Shown: positions 1 through 10,049 of the stretch, piece by piece
Layout of the letters: every line of letters begins with the position of its first letter
How positions within the stretch are numbered: the first letter of the stretch is position 1
DNA from: Candidatus Velthaea sp.
GTDB taxonomy: Bacteria > Vulcanimicrobiota > Vulcanimicrobiia > Vulcanimicrobiales > Vulcanimicrobiaceae
Length of the DNA stretch: 64,000 bases
Direction of reading: 5' to 3'
Assembly: GCA_050012475.1 (NCBI GenBank)
Contig: JBEKHC010000001.1
Coordinates: 32,001-96,000 of the forward strand
The notes under the pieces: generated by a model
Told to the model about the DNA's origin: nothing
The model's database searches: none
The model's input: the letters and a program-made list of their open reading frames with translations, nothing else
Position numbers and translations under genes: made by a program

Positions 1-521
1 TGCTCGCCCGTCATCCGGAGATCGAAGCGCGCCTCCACGCCGAAGTGGCCGGGGCGATCGGGGGTCGCGACAGCCTCACCGTCGAGGATCTGCCTCGTTT
101 GCGGTATGCCGCGCACGTCTTTGCCGAGGTGTTGCGGCTCTATCCGCCGGCGTCGGCGTTCGGCCGGCGAGCGCTCGAAGCGTGCGCACTCGGCGGTTTC
201 GCGATCCGTCCCGGCGACGGTATTCTGCTCAGTCCGTATGTCAGTCACCGCAACCCGGCCGTCTTCAGCGAACCCGAGGCATTTGTGCCCGATCGTTGGG
301 CCGGTGCCGCGCCGCCGCCGTTCGCGTACTTTCCCTTCGGCGGCGGCGCGCGAACCTGCATCGGCGAAGCGTTCGCGCGCATGGAAGGCACGCTGGTGCT
401 CAGTGCCGTCAGCGCGCGCTTTTCCTTGCAGGCAGCGACGGCGGAACCGATCGGCATCGCCGGCTACGCCACGTTGCGGCCCGGCCGTCCGATCGTGCTG
501 TGTCCGCGGCGCCGCGCGTGA
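1..521 (+). CDS. Cytochrome P450, C-terminal part (5' end outside the window)
   Basis: Frame open from window edge ([15 protein letters not shown]); ExxR (EVLR), PDRW meander, heme-ligand motif [10 protein letters not shown]. Confidence 0.93.
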   Translation, partial: LARHPEIEARLHAEVAGAIGGRDSLTVEDLPRLRYAAHVFAEVLRLYPPASAFGRRALEACALGGFAIRPGDGILLSPYVSHRNPAVFSEPEAFVPDRWAGAAPPPFAYFPFGGGARTCIGEAFARMEGTLVLSAVSARFSLQAATAEPIGIAGYATLRPGRPIVLCPRRRA

Positions 522-543
522 TTCGTGCTAAGAACGGGCCGCG

Positions 544-2358
544 TCAGGGATTCGAGGGTGTTTGCGGGTCGCCGGCCAGCGGAAGTTGGGGAAAGCCCAG
601 AAAATTGCGCGCGTACGGCGTGCCGACGCCGATGATCGGATTATAACCGCGGGTCCCGGCGGGAACCGTGACGACGCCGTTGTTGCCGGGGATGCCCTGG
701 TGGAAGAAGCGGAACGGAAAGTTTCGCGGCAGCGCGTCGTTCGCCGCCGCCAACTCGTAGATGTAGGCGTTGGCGTTGCCCATGCGGGTGCGCGTCGCAC
801 CTATTTCGAGTGCCAGCAATCCGGCGAATTCCGGCGCGGACAGACTCGTCCCGATCGCCCCGGCAAAGGAGCCACCGAAGGCAACGATCGACGAACTATC
901 GCCAACGTTGCACGAAAGCGCACCAAACGGACAGCCACCCATCTGCATCGAGATATCCGGCACGGTGCGTCGATTGGAATGTGTGTCGACCAGGAACTGG
1001 TACCACGGTTTGCGCCAGATCGCGCTCGCACCGCTGCCGGAGCCCCAATAACCGCCCGGCACGGCTGTCGGTATCGACGAATCCCCGATGGCTGGGGCGA
1101 GCGGATCGCCGAACGCGTTTTCCGCGACGTATTGCGAGCGCAGCGGTCTGCCTGGCGTGGCCGTCGTCGTTTGGAGATTGGTGCCGCCGACGGCTGTGAC
1201 GGCAGGGTCCGACGCCGGAAAGTTGACCGACGGAACGTATTGTGCGTTGGGATCGCCGTTGAAGAACGAGGGGCTCAGACATGCCAAACCGCCCGAATCC
1301 CCGGATGATGCGACGAACGAAATCCCTTGTGCGTTGCCCTGCTCGAAGATCTCATGGAAGGCCCGGAGGATATCGGTTTCGTCGCCGAAGTACGCCGCGG
1401 TATAGTACAGTTCGCAACTCTCGAACGAACTGCTCAACACGTCGACGTAATTCTCTTCGACGACGTCGATATAGGCGCCGATCGTCGAGTCGTCGCCGAG
1501 ATCCGGAATGTTGTAGAGCGAGATTTCAGCACCCGGCGCGCTCCCGATGGCCGTTTGCACGTCGACGCTGGCCTCGAATGACGTATTGCTCAGCGGATCG
1601 AACGGTGCGCCGCCGAAGAGCACGACCCGCCGCAGCGGTTTGAGCGCCTTGCCCGAGATCTGATGAAATCGTTCGTGGTCGAATATGGCCTGCGTGTCTG
1701 AATCGAGCACGTCCGACGCCATGAGAACGCCGATCTTCGCGCCTTTGCCGTCGAGGCTGCGATCCGAGGGGTACGTGTAGGCTTCCTTGAGATCGTCGAA
1801 CCAATATTCCCCGTAGGGCCCATTGCGGCTTTGCGGCGCGCGGTGCGCATCGACGTGAAAGTGAACGCGCGGCTCGAGCCCGGTCACCGCGGCACCCAGC
1901 GCAGTCAATTCCGGCGGCACGGTAAGCGGCACCATGCCGCCGACGTGCGGAACTCCGCGCGCGTCGCGCCTGATGCCGAGTTGGGTTTGAAAGGTCCGCT
2001 CAACCGCCGCGGCCGGCCCGCTCACTTCCAAGCTCAGCGAGGTCTGGCGAACCACCTGCAGACCCCGCGCGCGCAGCGCCGCAGCGGCGCGAGCGAACAT
2101 GGCGGGCGTGGGGCCGAATGCGGCGCGAAATTGCGCCACGCTCAGGAAGTGCCGATAGAGTGGAGAATGCGGATCGCCTTGCTCGCCGATGAGCGATTCG
2201 AGCTGAGCTTCGTCGCGCAACGGCAGGTGAACGCTGAACGTCACGCTCTGCGTCGCTTGGGGATGCTGCACCATGGGGACGGCGGTTGCGCTTGCCGGCA
2301 GCGTCGTGATGAAGAGCGTCGCGATCAGTGCGGCTGCGGCAACAAACGGCGTTCCCAT
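544..2358 (-). CDS. Secreted S53 (sedolisin/kumamolisin) serine protease with pro-domain
   Basis: Signal peptide, pro-kumamolisin motif (SPLYRHFLS), catalytic E-x3-D (EASVD), SSGDSG, GTSLSAP; ATG 2358 after GAGG. Confidence 0.9.
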   Translation of the reverse strand: MGTPFVAAAALIATLFITTLPASATAVPMVQHPQATQSVTFSVHLPLRDEAQLESLIGEQGDPHSPLYRHFLSVAQFRAAFGPTPAMFARAAAALRARGLQVVRQTSLSLEVSGPAAAVERTFQTQLGIRRDARGVPHVGGMVPLTVPPELTALGAAVTGLEPRVHFHVDAHRAPQSRNGPYGEYWFDDLKEAYTYPSDRSLDGKGAKIGVLMASDVLDSDTQAIFDHERFHQISGKALKPLRRVVLFGGAPFDPLSNTSFEASVDVQTAIGSAPGAEISLYNIPDLGDDSTIGAYIDVVEENYVDVLSSSFESCELYYTAAYFGDETDILRAFHEIFEQGNAQGISFVASSGDSGGLACLSPSFFNGDPNAQYVPSVNFPASDPAVTAVGGTNLQTTTATPGRPLRSQYVAENAFGDPLAPAIGDSSIPTAVPGGYWGSGSGASAIWRKPWYQFLVDTHSNRRTVPDISMQMGGCPFGALSCNVGDSSSIVAFGGSFAGAIGTSLSAPEFAGLLALEIGATRTRMGNANAYIYELAAANDALPRNFPFRFFHQGIPGNNGVVTVPAGTRGYNPIIGVGTPYARNFLGFPQLPLAGDPQTPSNP

Positions 2359-2625
2359 GCAAGTGCCTCTCGACCGGCGGCGTGACGTGCGCAATCGAAT
2401 CCGCGCGCGCCGGCTACTTCAAGGCTTTGCCGCCGGCCCGCCCGCAAGCCTTGTCGAGCGCACGAGCTCGAACAAAGCTTTACAGCGCAAACGTGACAGC
2501 GCGCATTTCGAAACGAAAAACGCGCCATCTCGGATTCGGGCTTCGCGTCTTGCGTCCTTGGCAAGCGAACCTAGCCTTCGGGTAGCAGCCTGTGCCGTGC
2601 CGGCACTCGGGGTTCCGGCACCAGT

Positions 2626-2764
2626 GGATTGCGCTACGCGCAATCCTTCGCGTTTGGGCTTATGGGTTCGTCTCGGCTTCGCTCGACGAAACCCCAATCC
2701 GGAGCGTGTGGGCGTACCGAGCGCAGCCGAGGGCGCCCATCCGAGCGAAGCCGAGGGCACCCAT
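2626..2764. repeat. Intergenic cluster of GC-GNA-GC mini-hairpins with a 24-bp tandem duplication
   Basis: ggattgcgc-tac-gcgcaatcc (2626-2646); ccgagcgcagccgagggcgcccat / ccgagcgaagccgagggcacccat (2717-2764). Confidence 0.7.
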
Positions 2765-2799
2765 CCGGTCGTCGCTTGTCCGACAAGCCGGACAAACTG

Positions 2800-4641
2800 C
2801 TAAGGGTTCGAGATGGTCTGCGGATCGCCGGCGAGCGAAAACTGCGGGACGCCGATGAAGTTCTGCGCATACGGCGTTCCGACGCCGACGATCGGATTGT
2901 AACCGCGCGTGCCGGCCGGCACGTGAACGATGCCGTTGTAGCCCGGAATTCCCTGATGGTAGAAGTGCGTCGGGAAGCTGGGGGGAAGAGCATCGTTGGC
3001 TTGCGCGAGTTCGTAAATGTAGCCGTTCACGTTGCCCAGCCGCTGATGCGTCGCGCCGATCTTGACAGCGAGCAAACCGGCGAATTCGGGCGATGAAAGG
3101 CTCGTGCCGACCACCCCGGTAACGCTGCCGTCGAAATAGAATACTCCGTAACTGTCGCTCGAACGGCAACTGGCATCAAGCGAGATGTTCGGACAGCCGC
3201 CCATGTGCATCGAGATATCCGGCACGGCGCGGCGGGTCGTGCCGGTCTTGACCAGATACTGGTACCACGGCTTCTGCCAGTAGGCGCTGGTGCCGCTGCC
3301 CGAGCCAAAGTATCCGCCCGACACAATGGGACCCAGACCGAATGGATCGTATTTGACTTCCGCATTCGCGAATTCGGACTCCGCCACGTAGCGCGATCGC
3401 AAGATCGGAGGGTTCGGCTGCGGGCTCGGCGGCGTCGTTGTTTTGAGATTCGTGCCGCCGACGCCGGTGACGTCCGGGTCGCTGGCCGGCGTTTCGACAC
3501 CGGGGAGGAACGTGGCCGTCGGACCGCCGGTTAGGTACGAAACAGACACCGCGCCAAGCCCCGCGCTATCGCCTGACGATGCGAGAAAGGTGATGCCCTG
3601 GGCGTTACCCTGCTGGAAGAGTTGATGGTACACCTTCAGAATGCCGGAAACGTCGATCCCGCCGTTATATGGCGCCGTGTAATCCAACTCGAACTCCCCG
3701 AAGGACATGCTCAACACATCGACCGCATTGCTTTCGACGACTTGAACGAGACCGGCAATGATCGACGCATCGCTGAGATCCGGGATATTGTAGAGATCGA
3801 TCTGGGCGCCTGGCGCGCTACCCTGCGAAGACTGCACGTCGATGCTGGCTTCGAGTGAGCCGGTGCTGTTGGGGTCAAACGGTGCTCCGCCAAAAACCGG
3901 GAAGCGTTGCAAGGGCAGCGGTGTCTTGCCGGAAATCGCCGTGTACTTTTCTTGATCGAAGGTGGCCCGCGTATCGGAGTCGAGGACGTCGGAACTGATC
4001 AAAACGCCGACCGTCGCGCCTTTGCCGTCCAATGCCCGATCGGACGGGTAGGTGTAGGCCTGCTTGAGATCGTCGAACCAGTACGGTCCGACAGCCGAGT
4101 AGCGATTGAGCGGCACCGCTCGCGAGTCGACGTGCATGCGCACGCGCGAATCGAGGCCGGTGACGACGGCACCGAGCGCGGTCAATTCCGCCGGCATGCT
4201 CAGCGGCGCGACGCTGGCGACGCGCCGAAAACCGGCGGCATCCCGCACGATGCCCAACCGGGTGCCGAAGGTTTTTTCGACGTTCGCACTGGTGCCGCTC
4301 ACCCGCAAGCTCGCCGTGGTTTGACCGGCGATCGTCAGTCCGCGCGCGCGAAGCGCCGCAGCGGCCCGCGCTGCGGTCTGCGGCAACGGACCGAAACTGG
4401 CGCGAAATTGCGCGGGGCTGAGGAAGTGGTGGTAGAGCGGCGAGGTCCGGTCGCCCTGCAATTGGACGAGCTGTTCGAGCTGCGCTTCGTTGCGCAGCGG
4501 AAAGTGGACGCTGAAGCTCACGTTTTGCGCCGGGGCGGGAACGCCCACCACGGCTGTCTGCGCCGCCGATGTCAGCAGCGGTGCGGTCAACAACACAGCA
4601 CCGAACGCCGCTCCGCTGAGAAACGAGCTTGTCATCCCCAC
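2800..4641 (-). CDS. Secreted S53 sedolisin-family protease, tandem paralog
   Basis: EASID, SSGDSAG, GTSLSSP motifs; clearly similar to 544..2358; start GTG 4641 or ATG 4635. Confidence 0.9.
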   Translation of the reverse strand: MGMTSSFLSGAAFGAVLLTAPLLTSAAQTAVVGVPAPAQNVSFSVHFPLRNEAQLEQLVQLQGDRTSPLYHHFLSPAQFRASFGPLPQTAARAAAALRARGLTIAGQTTASLRVSGTSANVEKTFGTRLGIVRDAAGFRRVASVAPLSMPAELTALGAVVTGLDSRVRMHVDSRAVPLNRYSAVGPYWFDDLKQAYTYPSDRALDGKGATVGVLISSDVLDSDTRATFDQEKYTAISGKTPLPLQRFPVFGGAPFDPNSTGSLEASIDVQSSQGSAPGAQIDLYNIPDLSDASIIAGLVQVVESNAVDVLSMSFGEFELDYTAPYNGGIDVSGILKVYHQLFQQGNAQGITFLASSGDSAGLGAVSVSYLTGGPTATFLPGVETPASDPDVTGVGGTNLKTTTPPSPQPNPPILRSRYVAESEFANAEVKYDPFGLGPIVSGGYFGSGSGTSAYWQKPWYQYLVKTGTTRRAVPDISMHMGGCPNISLDASCRSSDSYGVFYFDGSVTGVVGTSLSSPEFAGLLAVKIGATHQRLGNVNGYIYELAQANDALPPSFPTHFYHQGIPGYNGIVHVPAGTRGYNPIVGVGTPYAQNFIGVPQFSLAGDPQTISNP

Positions 4642-4914
4642 TGCCTTTCAAAAGAACGAGACCAAACGCCCGACCGATCGACGACCGCGCGCGCTGGCGT
4701 CCCATTCGTTCTCGCCGCGCCGGCTTCCTAACCGAAATTTGGCTTTTTTGCGCTTTTGCTACTGCCGGCTCACGCGCGTCGTCCAGGCAAAATGGCATGC
4801 GCCGCACCGCCTCTCGTCCTTCGTCCGAGAGAAGCAACCCCTGCCCGGGTCAGCCCGGGGACGGAGGAAACGCCACACCCGGCGGATCGCGGGATCCGCC
4901 GGATGGGCGTGCGT

Positions 4915-7764
4915 TCAGCGCCCGGTGTGAAGCCGGATCTGGACGCGAACCGTGCGTGCCGGTGCTGAAACGAGCGTGGGAACGTATGACGTCTGGCTGC
5001 CCGTCGACGTATTTGCGACCAGCGGCGCGCCCGCGTTGGGCGACGCGAGATACGACGCGTTGCTGTAGACGTTGGTGTTGAGCAGGTTCTCGACGCCCAC
5101 GAGCATCTCGACCGAGGACGTCACGGGAGCACGGAAGGTGAAGTCGACCAGCGCGAACGGCGGCTGAAAATAACTGTTGTTCTTGCCTTCGTACTCGACG
5201 CCCAGGCCCAGGAACGACCCGCCGCGCGTCGTGTAGTTGATCTGACCGTAACCTTTGAGATAGGGCAGACAGGTCGCGATGCCGGGCGCCGCCACGCCGT
5301 TGCCGCAGATCTGGACGCCGTTGGCGGGAACGTTCGCTACGAACGGCCCGATGCCCAGCGGCACGCCGTCGAGGATCGAGCGGTTTGCTGCGACGGCAGC
5401 ATTGAGGCCGAAACCGGTGCGCGGCGCATACGAATACCGCAACGTGGCGAGTTCGGTGCGCAGCCGCCCAACGTTGATCGGGGTGAAGATGCCCTCGAGG
5501 CCGCCGCCGGCGATCGTCGCGCTGCTCGTGAGCTGTTCAAACACGTTGTGAATGACGCCGTCCTGCAGATCGAGGCTGAGCACGGAGCTGTTCCCGAAAC
5601 GCTTATCGGCGCCGATATTGTACGACGTGCTCACCTCGGGTTCGAGGTTCGGATTCTTCTGTGTCAGCGTTCCGCCCGAAGCGAAGGGCGGTCCGAGCGA
5701 CGCCGCCGGCTGTTCGTACGTTGCCAGACCGCTGACTTGGCCGACGAACGGGAACGTCGCCGAGCTGCCGACCGCAGCGCGGTACGAAACATCGCCCGTC
5801 GGACGGAACGTCAACGCGAAATGGGGATCGAAACGCGAAACGCTGCGGTCGAGTCCCGTCAAGCTGGTATCGGTCGGCGAGTTCGGATGCAGGCGCTGCA
5901 CGCCGGCGACTTTCCAGAGTGTATCGTACAGGCCGATGTTCACCCCGACGTTCTTGAACGGCGCCAGCGCGCTGGTCAGCGAGAACGTCGAGAAGCGATC
6001 GGTCGAGAATGGGACGGAGATGTCGGCCGGCGAGTTGATGTAGGCGAACGTGCTTTCGCCGTGATAGTCGTACGAGAGATTGACTAAGTTGTTGCCGAAC
6101 GGATGCAGAATCGAAAACGTGGTGCCGTAGAGTTTATCCTGCTCGTACGTTTGATACGCCGAGTTGAAGCATTCGATTTGCCCGTTCTTGATGACCGTGG
6201 CCCCCGAGGGACTCGTCAAGTTTCCGAAGATATCGTTGCAGGCCGTGGTGAACGCGGCGAGCGCCGCGGGATTGGTCGCCGCCCCGACCGGCGAGAAGAA
6301 GGCCGGATACGATGCTTGCGTATCGCCGCCGGTGATGACCTCCGGTTCGATGTCGCCGATATACGGCCGGATCAGCAGCGTGTTGTTGCCCAGCGTCGTG
6401 CGCAGCTGCGCATCGTACAGCCATTGGTTGTTGTAGACCGACGATCCGGTATACCAGCCGTAGGCGTTGATGGTCTTGCCGATCAGACTCGCGTTGGTGG
6501 GGTTGGTGCACTTATTGGGACTGTCGGCGTCCGTTGCGCTCGATGCGGGAAGACACGGCAGGATCGTCGTCGCGCCCAGATACGTGCCCCAGGCAGTGCC
6601 CTGCGGCTGATAGCCGCCCCACGCGCCGGTAAAACCGACGTCGAACGACGTTGCCGCCGAAAAGTTATAACGCGCTTTGAGCAATTCGCCTTTGCTGAAG
6701 AACGAGCCGCTCGCATCGCCGCAATACTGGATGACGCCGGTGTTGCCGGGGACGTTGTCGTTGGCGCCCCCGAAGCTCGGCGTGACGACGCACTTGTTCG
6801 TTTGGTAGTACGGTCCGTTGATGCTGCTGACACCGGCTCCGGCGACGACTTGCAGCTTGGCCGCTGAGCCGGTCACCAGAAAATTCGAATACTGCGACTG
6901 ATAGTTGTCGATGCCGTAGGTGATCTCGGCCGTTGGACGCGTGGTGAAGTTCGGGGTGAGGATGTTGACGGTGCCGCCGACGGCGATGTTGGCGAACGGC
7001 GTGGTGTTACCCGGACCGGACTGCGTCTCGAGCCCGCCGATGAGATACGACGGAAAATACTGGCTCGTCCAGACGCCGTACTGCCCCAGCGCGAGCGGGT
7101 GGCCGTCGATGAGCACCTGCGTCTCGTAGGGCTGAACGCCGCCGAGCACGATCGACACGTCCGGTTGACTGCCCATGTGCTGCAAGGTGACGTCGGGGAC
7201 GCGCTCGAGCACGTTGTTGATCTGCGGGTTGGCGACGTTGGCGAAGGCCTGCGCCGGCACGAACGACGACGATGCGGCGCCGGTGTTGATCGCGCTTCCG
7301 CCGCCGCGCGACGTCGCCGAAACCGAGCCGATCGTCCGCAGCGACGAAAGGTTGAGGACGTTGAGCGTCACGGCAACCGGCACGGTCGTGCCGCCGACCG
7401 CGACGATGTTCGACAGGACCGCGGGATTGTAGCCTGATTGCCGCACGGTGAGCGTGTAGATGCCTTGCGGGACGGTCAGCGTGAACGCACCGTTCGCATC
7501 GGTCGTCGCGCTCGACGTCGCCGGTCCGCTGAGCCTCACGCTGGCGCCGGAGACCGGAAGCCCGGTTCCGCTGCGGACCGAGCCCTGCAGCACGGTGTTG
7601 GTGGCTTCGGCAGCGGCGGCCGGAGCCGGAGGCGCACTTTGGGCTGGTGCCGGTGCCGTCGGCACGGGAGCTGTCTGAGCGGCCGCGCCGCTCGTCACCG
7701 ATGCGGCACTAAGAAGTGCAAAGGCGGCTCTACGCAAGCCGTCCCGGAGACCCAAGAACCCCAT
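4915..7764 (-). CDS. TonB-dependent receptor with N-terminal carboxypeptidase-regulatory-like domain
   Basis: Signal peptide, GSV..G.PV.GA.V.L domain, plug (VLIDGHP; GGTVNI), barrel motifs NPNLEPE and ENLLN; ATG 7764 after AGGAG. Confidence 0.88.
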   Translation of the reverse strand: MGFLGLRDGLRRAAFALLSAASVTSGAAAQTAPVPTAPAPAQSAPPAPAAAAEATNTVLQGSVRSGTGLPVSGASVRLSGPATSSATTDANGAFTLTVPQGIYTLTVRQSGYNPAVLSNIVAVGGTTVPVAVTLNVLNLSSLRTIGSVSATSRGGGSAINTGAASSSFVPAQAFANVANPQINNVLERVPDVTLQHMGSQPDVSIVLGGVQPYETQVLIDGHPLALGQYGVWTSQYFPSYLIGGLETQSGPGNTTPFANIAVGGTVNILTPNFTTRPTAEITYGIDNYQSQYSNFLVTGSAAKLQVVAGAGVSSINGPYYQTNKCVVTPSFGGANDNVPGNTGVIQYCGDASGSFFSKGELLKARYNFSAATSFDVGFTGAWGGYQPQGTAWGTYLGATTILPCLPASSATDADSPNKCTNPTNASLIGKTINAYGWYTGSSVYNNQWLYDAQLRTTLGNNTLLIRPYIGDIEPEVITGGDTQASYPAFFSPVGAATNPAALAAFTTACNDIFGNLTSPSGATVIKNGQIECFNSAYQTYEQDKLYGTTFSILHPFGNNLVNLSYDYHGESTFAYINSPADISVPFSTDRFSTFSLTSALAPFKNVGVNIGLYDTLWKVAGVQRLHPNSPTDTSLTGLDRSVSRFDPHFALTFRPTGDVSYRAAVGSSATFPFVGQVSGLATYEQPAASLGPPFASGGTLTQKNPNLEPEVSTSYNIGADKRFGNSSVLSLDLQDGVIHNVFEQLTSSATIAGGGLEGIFTPINVGRLRTELATLRYSYAPRTGFGLNAAVAANRSILDGVPLGIGPFVANVPANGVQICGNGVAAPGIATCLPYLKGYGQINYTTRGGSFLGLGVEYEGKNNSYFQPPFALVDFTFRAPVTSSVEMLVGVENLLNTNVYSNASYLASPNAGAPLVANTSTGSQTSYVPTLVSAPARTVRVQIRLHTGR

Positions 7765-7963
7765 AGAACTCCTACTCGCGGATTGCCGGCGCTCCATACC
7801 GTCACGGCGAACGTGCGACTGCGCGCCGGCTACGTGGCGTCGTTAAGCATACGCGAGCGATCTTCTTTGGACAAACAGTGAACCGCCGGGAGAGCGGCGA
7901 GTCGCCTTGGTCGGCACCGGGCATTCGGTGGGTGATTGCTGGCGGACCTGCGAACATAGGGAT

Positions 7964-8230
7964 ATGTCGACGAGTCAAGAACAGCTCGCGGCCCCGCCGA
8001 TCGACGACCTGCTGGGCGAAACGGTCGCCACGTTGCTGTACGCCGCGGCGGCGTACCTCGAACCGCGCGATGCCGCGCAGGCGCCCGACCTCGGCTCCGC
8101 TGAATTGGCGGTCGACGTCGCCGGGCTCGCATTCGACCGAATAGCTCCCCGCCTCAGGCCAGATGCGCGCGGCGCGTTAACGGTGATGCTCACCGAGATG
8201 CGCCTGGCGATCGTTCGTAAGCGAGGTTGA
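7964..8230 (+). CDS. Small helical hypothetical protein (DUF1844-like)
   Basis: DLxxAxLAVD...LTEMRL pattern resembles DUF1844; ATG after AGGGA. Confidence 0.6.
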   Translation: MSTSQEQLAAPPIDDLLGETVATLLYAAAAYLEPRDAAQAPDLGSAELAVDVAGLAFDRIAPRLRPDARGALTVMLTEMRLAIVRKRG

Positions 8231-8296
8231 TATGCCTCGCTTTTTTGCACCCCGCCTCCGTCCCGAGAACCTCGAAACCGCGACAGAAAGGGAAAC

Positions 8297-8830
8297 GTGT
8301 CTGACGTCCTCGTTCTGAACTTCACCTATGAAGCGTTGAACATCACCAGTTTTCAACGCGCGGTCAAGTTGATATTCTCCGGCAAGGCCGAGATCGTGCA
8401 CGGCCGCGAGCATATGCTGTCCTCGGCCCGCTTCGAGATGCGCATGCCCTCGATCATCCGGATGCTGTACTATATCCGGCGCCCGATGCAGAAGGTCGCG
8501 CTGACCAAGAAAAACATCTTGCTGCGCGACGACTACACCTGTCAGTACTGCGGCGTCAAAGGCGAGCGCATGATGACCGTCGATCACGTGCATCCGCGCA
8601 GCAAAGGCGGTCCGTCGACGTGGGAAAACCTCGTTTGCGCCTGCATGCGCTGCAACAACCGCAAGAACAACCGAACGCCCGAACACGCCAACATGGCGCT
8701 CAAGCGCAAACCGAAAACGCCCAAATACATCCCTTGGATCCGCGTCAAGCGCAACACGCTGCCGGGCGAGTGGCACAAGTTTCTGTTCCTCTACAACGTA
8801 AGCATCGACGACCGGGTGGAAGCCGGTTAG
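8297..8830 (+). CDS. HNH endonuclease (McrA/HNH_5-like)
   Basis: VLVLNxTYE N-terminus, RDDYTCQYCG, TVDHVHPRSKGG, WENLVCACMRCNNRK. Confidence 0.9.
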   Translation: MSDVLVLNFTYEALNITSFQRAVKLIFSGKAEIVHGREHMLSSARFEMRMPSIIRMLYYIRRPMQKVALTKKNILLRDDYTCQYCGVKGERMMTVDHVHPRSKGGPSTWENLVCACMRCNNRKNNRTPEHANMALKRKPKTPKYIPWIRVKRNTLPGEWHKFLFLYNVSIDDRVEAG

Positions 8831-8854
8831 CCCCTCCGGTCCGCTTCGGCCGGC

Positions 8855-8881
8855 TTACTTGGTTGCCCGAAGTGCCGATAT
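8855..8881 (+). promoter_or_regulatory. Possible sigma28 (FliA/SigD/WhiG)-type promoter
   Basis: TTAC-N15-GCCGATAT ending 7 nt before ATG 8889; -35 element is imperfect. Confidence 0.45.
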
Positions 8882-8888
8882 TGCTCTC

Positions 8889-9074
8889 ATGGACGCTTTC
8901 ATCACGGTGTCGGATGCCGCCGGACGGACCCTGTTCCGCCGGCCGGCGACCGCCGAAGAGGTCCACAACGCCGTTCTCGCGGCCCAAGCCGCCGAGATCG
9001 AAGCGCGGGCTGCGATGGAACGGATCGCGCGCGAGCGTGCGGCATGGGAACGCGATGAGGCCAAAACCACGTGA
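8889..9074 (+). CDS. Small hypothetical protein (61 aa, helical C-terminus)
   Basis: GC3-biased codons; stop overlaps next start (GTGA). Confidence 0.55.
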   Translation: MDAFITVSDAAGRTLFRRPATAEEVHNAVLAAQAAEIEARAAMERIARERAAWERDEAKTT

Positions 9075-9433
9075 TGCCGCGCATCGAGCGGCACAGTGCG
9101 CCGCTCAGACGCGTCGCCCTCACGCGCCGCCGCAGAATTCTCACCTCGCTCGAGGACCGGCGCGATCCGGAACTCGCGCTGGCCTACTCAAACGGGTTCG
9201 TGACGGTCGAGATCTCGCAGGCGGCCCTCGACGCGTTCATCGAGCTGACCGGCGATGTACCGCTGCCGGTGGTATGCGATCCGCAGACCGGCGACCGCCG
9301 GGCCTACGACCCGCAGAATAAGGTCCGCGTCGTGTACGATGCCGCCGCAAACCTGCGCGAGATCTCGACGCGCGGCCGGGACGGAATATACGTCCGGATC
9401 AACTTCACCGGCGACGGCACCCGGGTCGCTTAG
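9071..9433 (+). CDS. Hypothetical protein
   Basis: 120-aa ORF with typical codon bias, coupled to the upstream ORF. Confidence 0.65.
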   Translation: MMPRIERHSAPLRRVALTRRRRILTSLEDRRDPELALAYSNGFVTVEISQAALDAFIELTGDVPLPVVCDPQTGDRRAYDPQNKVRVVYDAAANLREISTRGRDGIYVRINFTGDGTRVA

Positions 9434-9981
9434 AGGAGGCCGAGCCTCGCCGCGATTTTCGGCCAAACGGGCGCGAGGCCGGCGGCCAGCGCACACTTCA
9501 GCCCGTCGCCGATCATGAAGGGGAGGACGCCCACCGCGATCGCGTTCTGCGGCGTGAGATGAAAGATCGCCACGAGCCAGGCCACGCCGCCGGCAAACAC
9601 CAGCGACGTCCCGGCGAAGATGGCGACGAAGCGTGTGAGGTAGTTGCGGTCGAGGCCGCGCTCGAACAGCAGACCGATCGCGAAGGCCGCGACCGGGAAC
9701 GCCAACAGATAGCCGCCCGTGGCGCTCATGAGCGCGCCCGGGGCGAAAACGGGCAGGCCCAGTGCGCCTTCGGCGAGGTAGGTGAGGATCGCGAAGGTGG
9801 CAACGTTGCGCCCCAGCAGCGCAACCAGCAGCGGGATCGCCAAGGTTTGTCCCGTGATCGGGACCGGATACATCGGGAGGCTGAGCTTGGCGGCGAGCGC
9901 CATGAGCAGCGAGCCGCACAAAACCAGCAGTACCCGAATGCCGAGCGCGCGCGGAACCGGGGATGTCCGGGTGTACAACAT
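9430..9981 (-). CDS. bioY: Biotin transporter BioY
   Basis: PVPITGQTLA, YLAEGALGLPVFA, TGGYL, GVLPFMIGD.LK motifs. Confidence 0.92.
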   Translation of the reverse strand: MLYTRTSPVPRALGIRVLLVLCGSLLMALAAKLSLPMYPVPITGQTLAIPLLVALLGRNVATFAILTYLAEGALGLPVFAPGALMSATGGYLLAFPVAAFAIGLLFERGLDRNYLTRFVAIFAGTSLVFAGGVAWLVAIFHLTPQNAIAVGVLPFMIGDGLKCALAAGLAPVWPKIAARLGLL

Positions 9982-10030
9982 AACCGTCGGGGCTTCCGGT
10001 TTTCGAGTGCATCCCCTGCGCACCGTTCCG

Positions 10031-10039
10031 TGCTATAAT
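10031..10039 (+). promoter_or_regulatory. Extended -10 housekeeping promoter element
   Basis: TGCTATAAT 10 nt upstream of GTG 10050, implying a very short or absent leader. Confidence 0.6.
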
Positions 10040-10049
10040 CGCGCCCGTT

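Noticed and set aside
8297..8830. IscB/Cas9-like or homing nuclease
   Set aside because: Only 177 aa, no RuvC motifs, and no flanking element ends or ncRNA; a common stand-alone HNH family.
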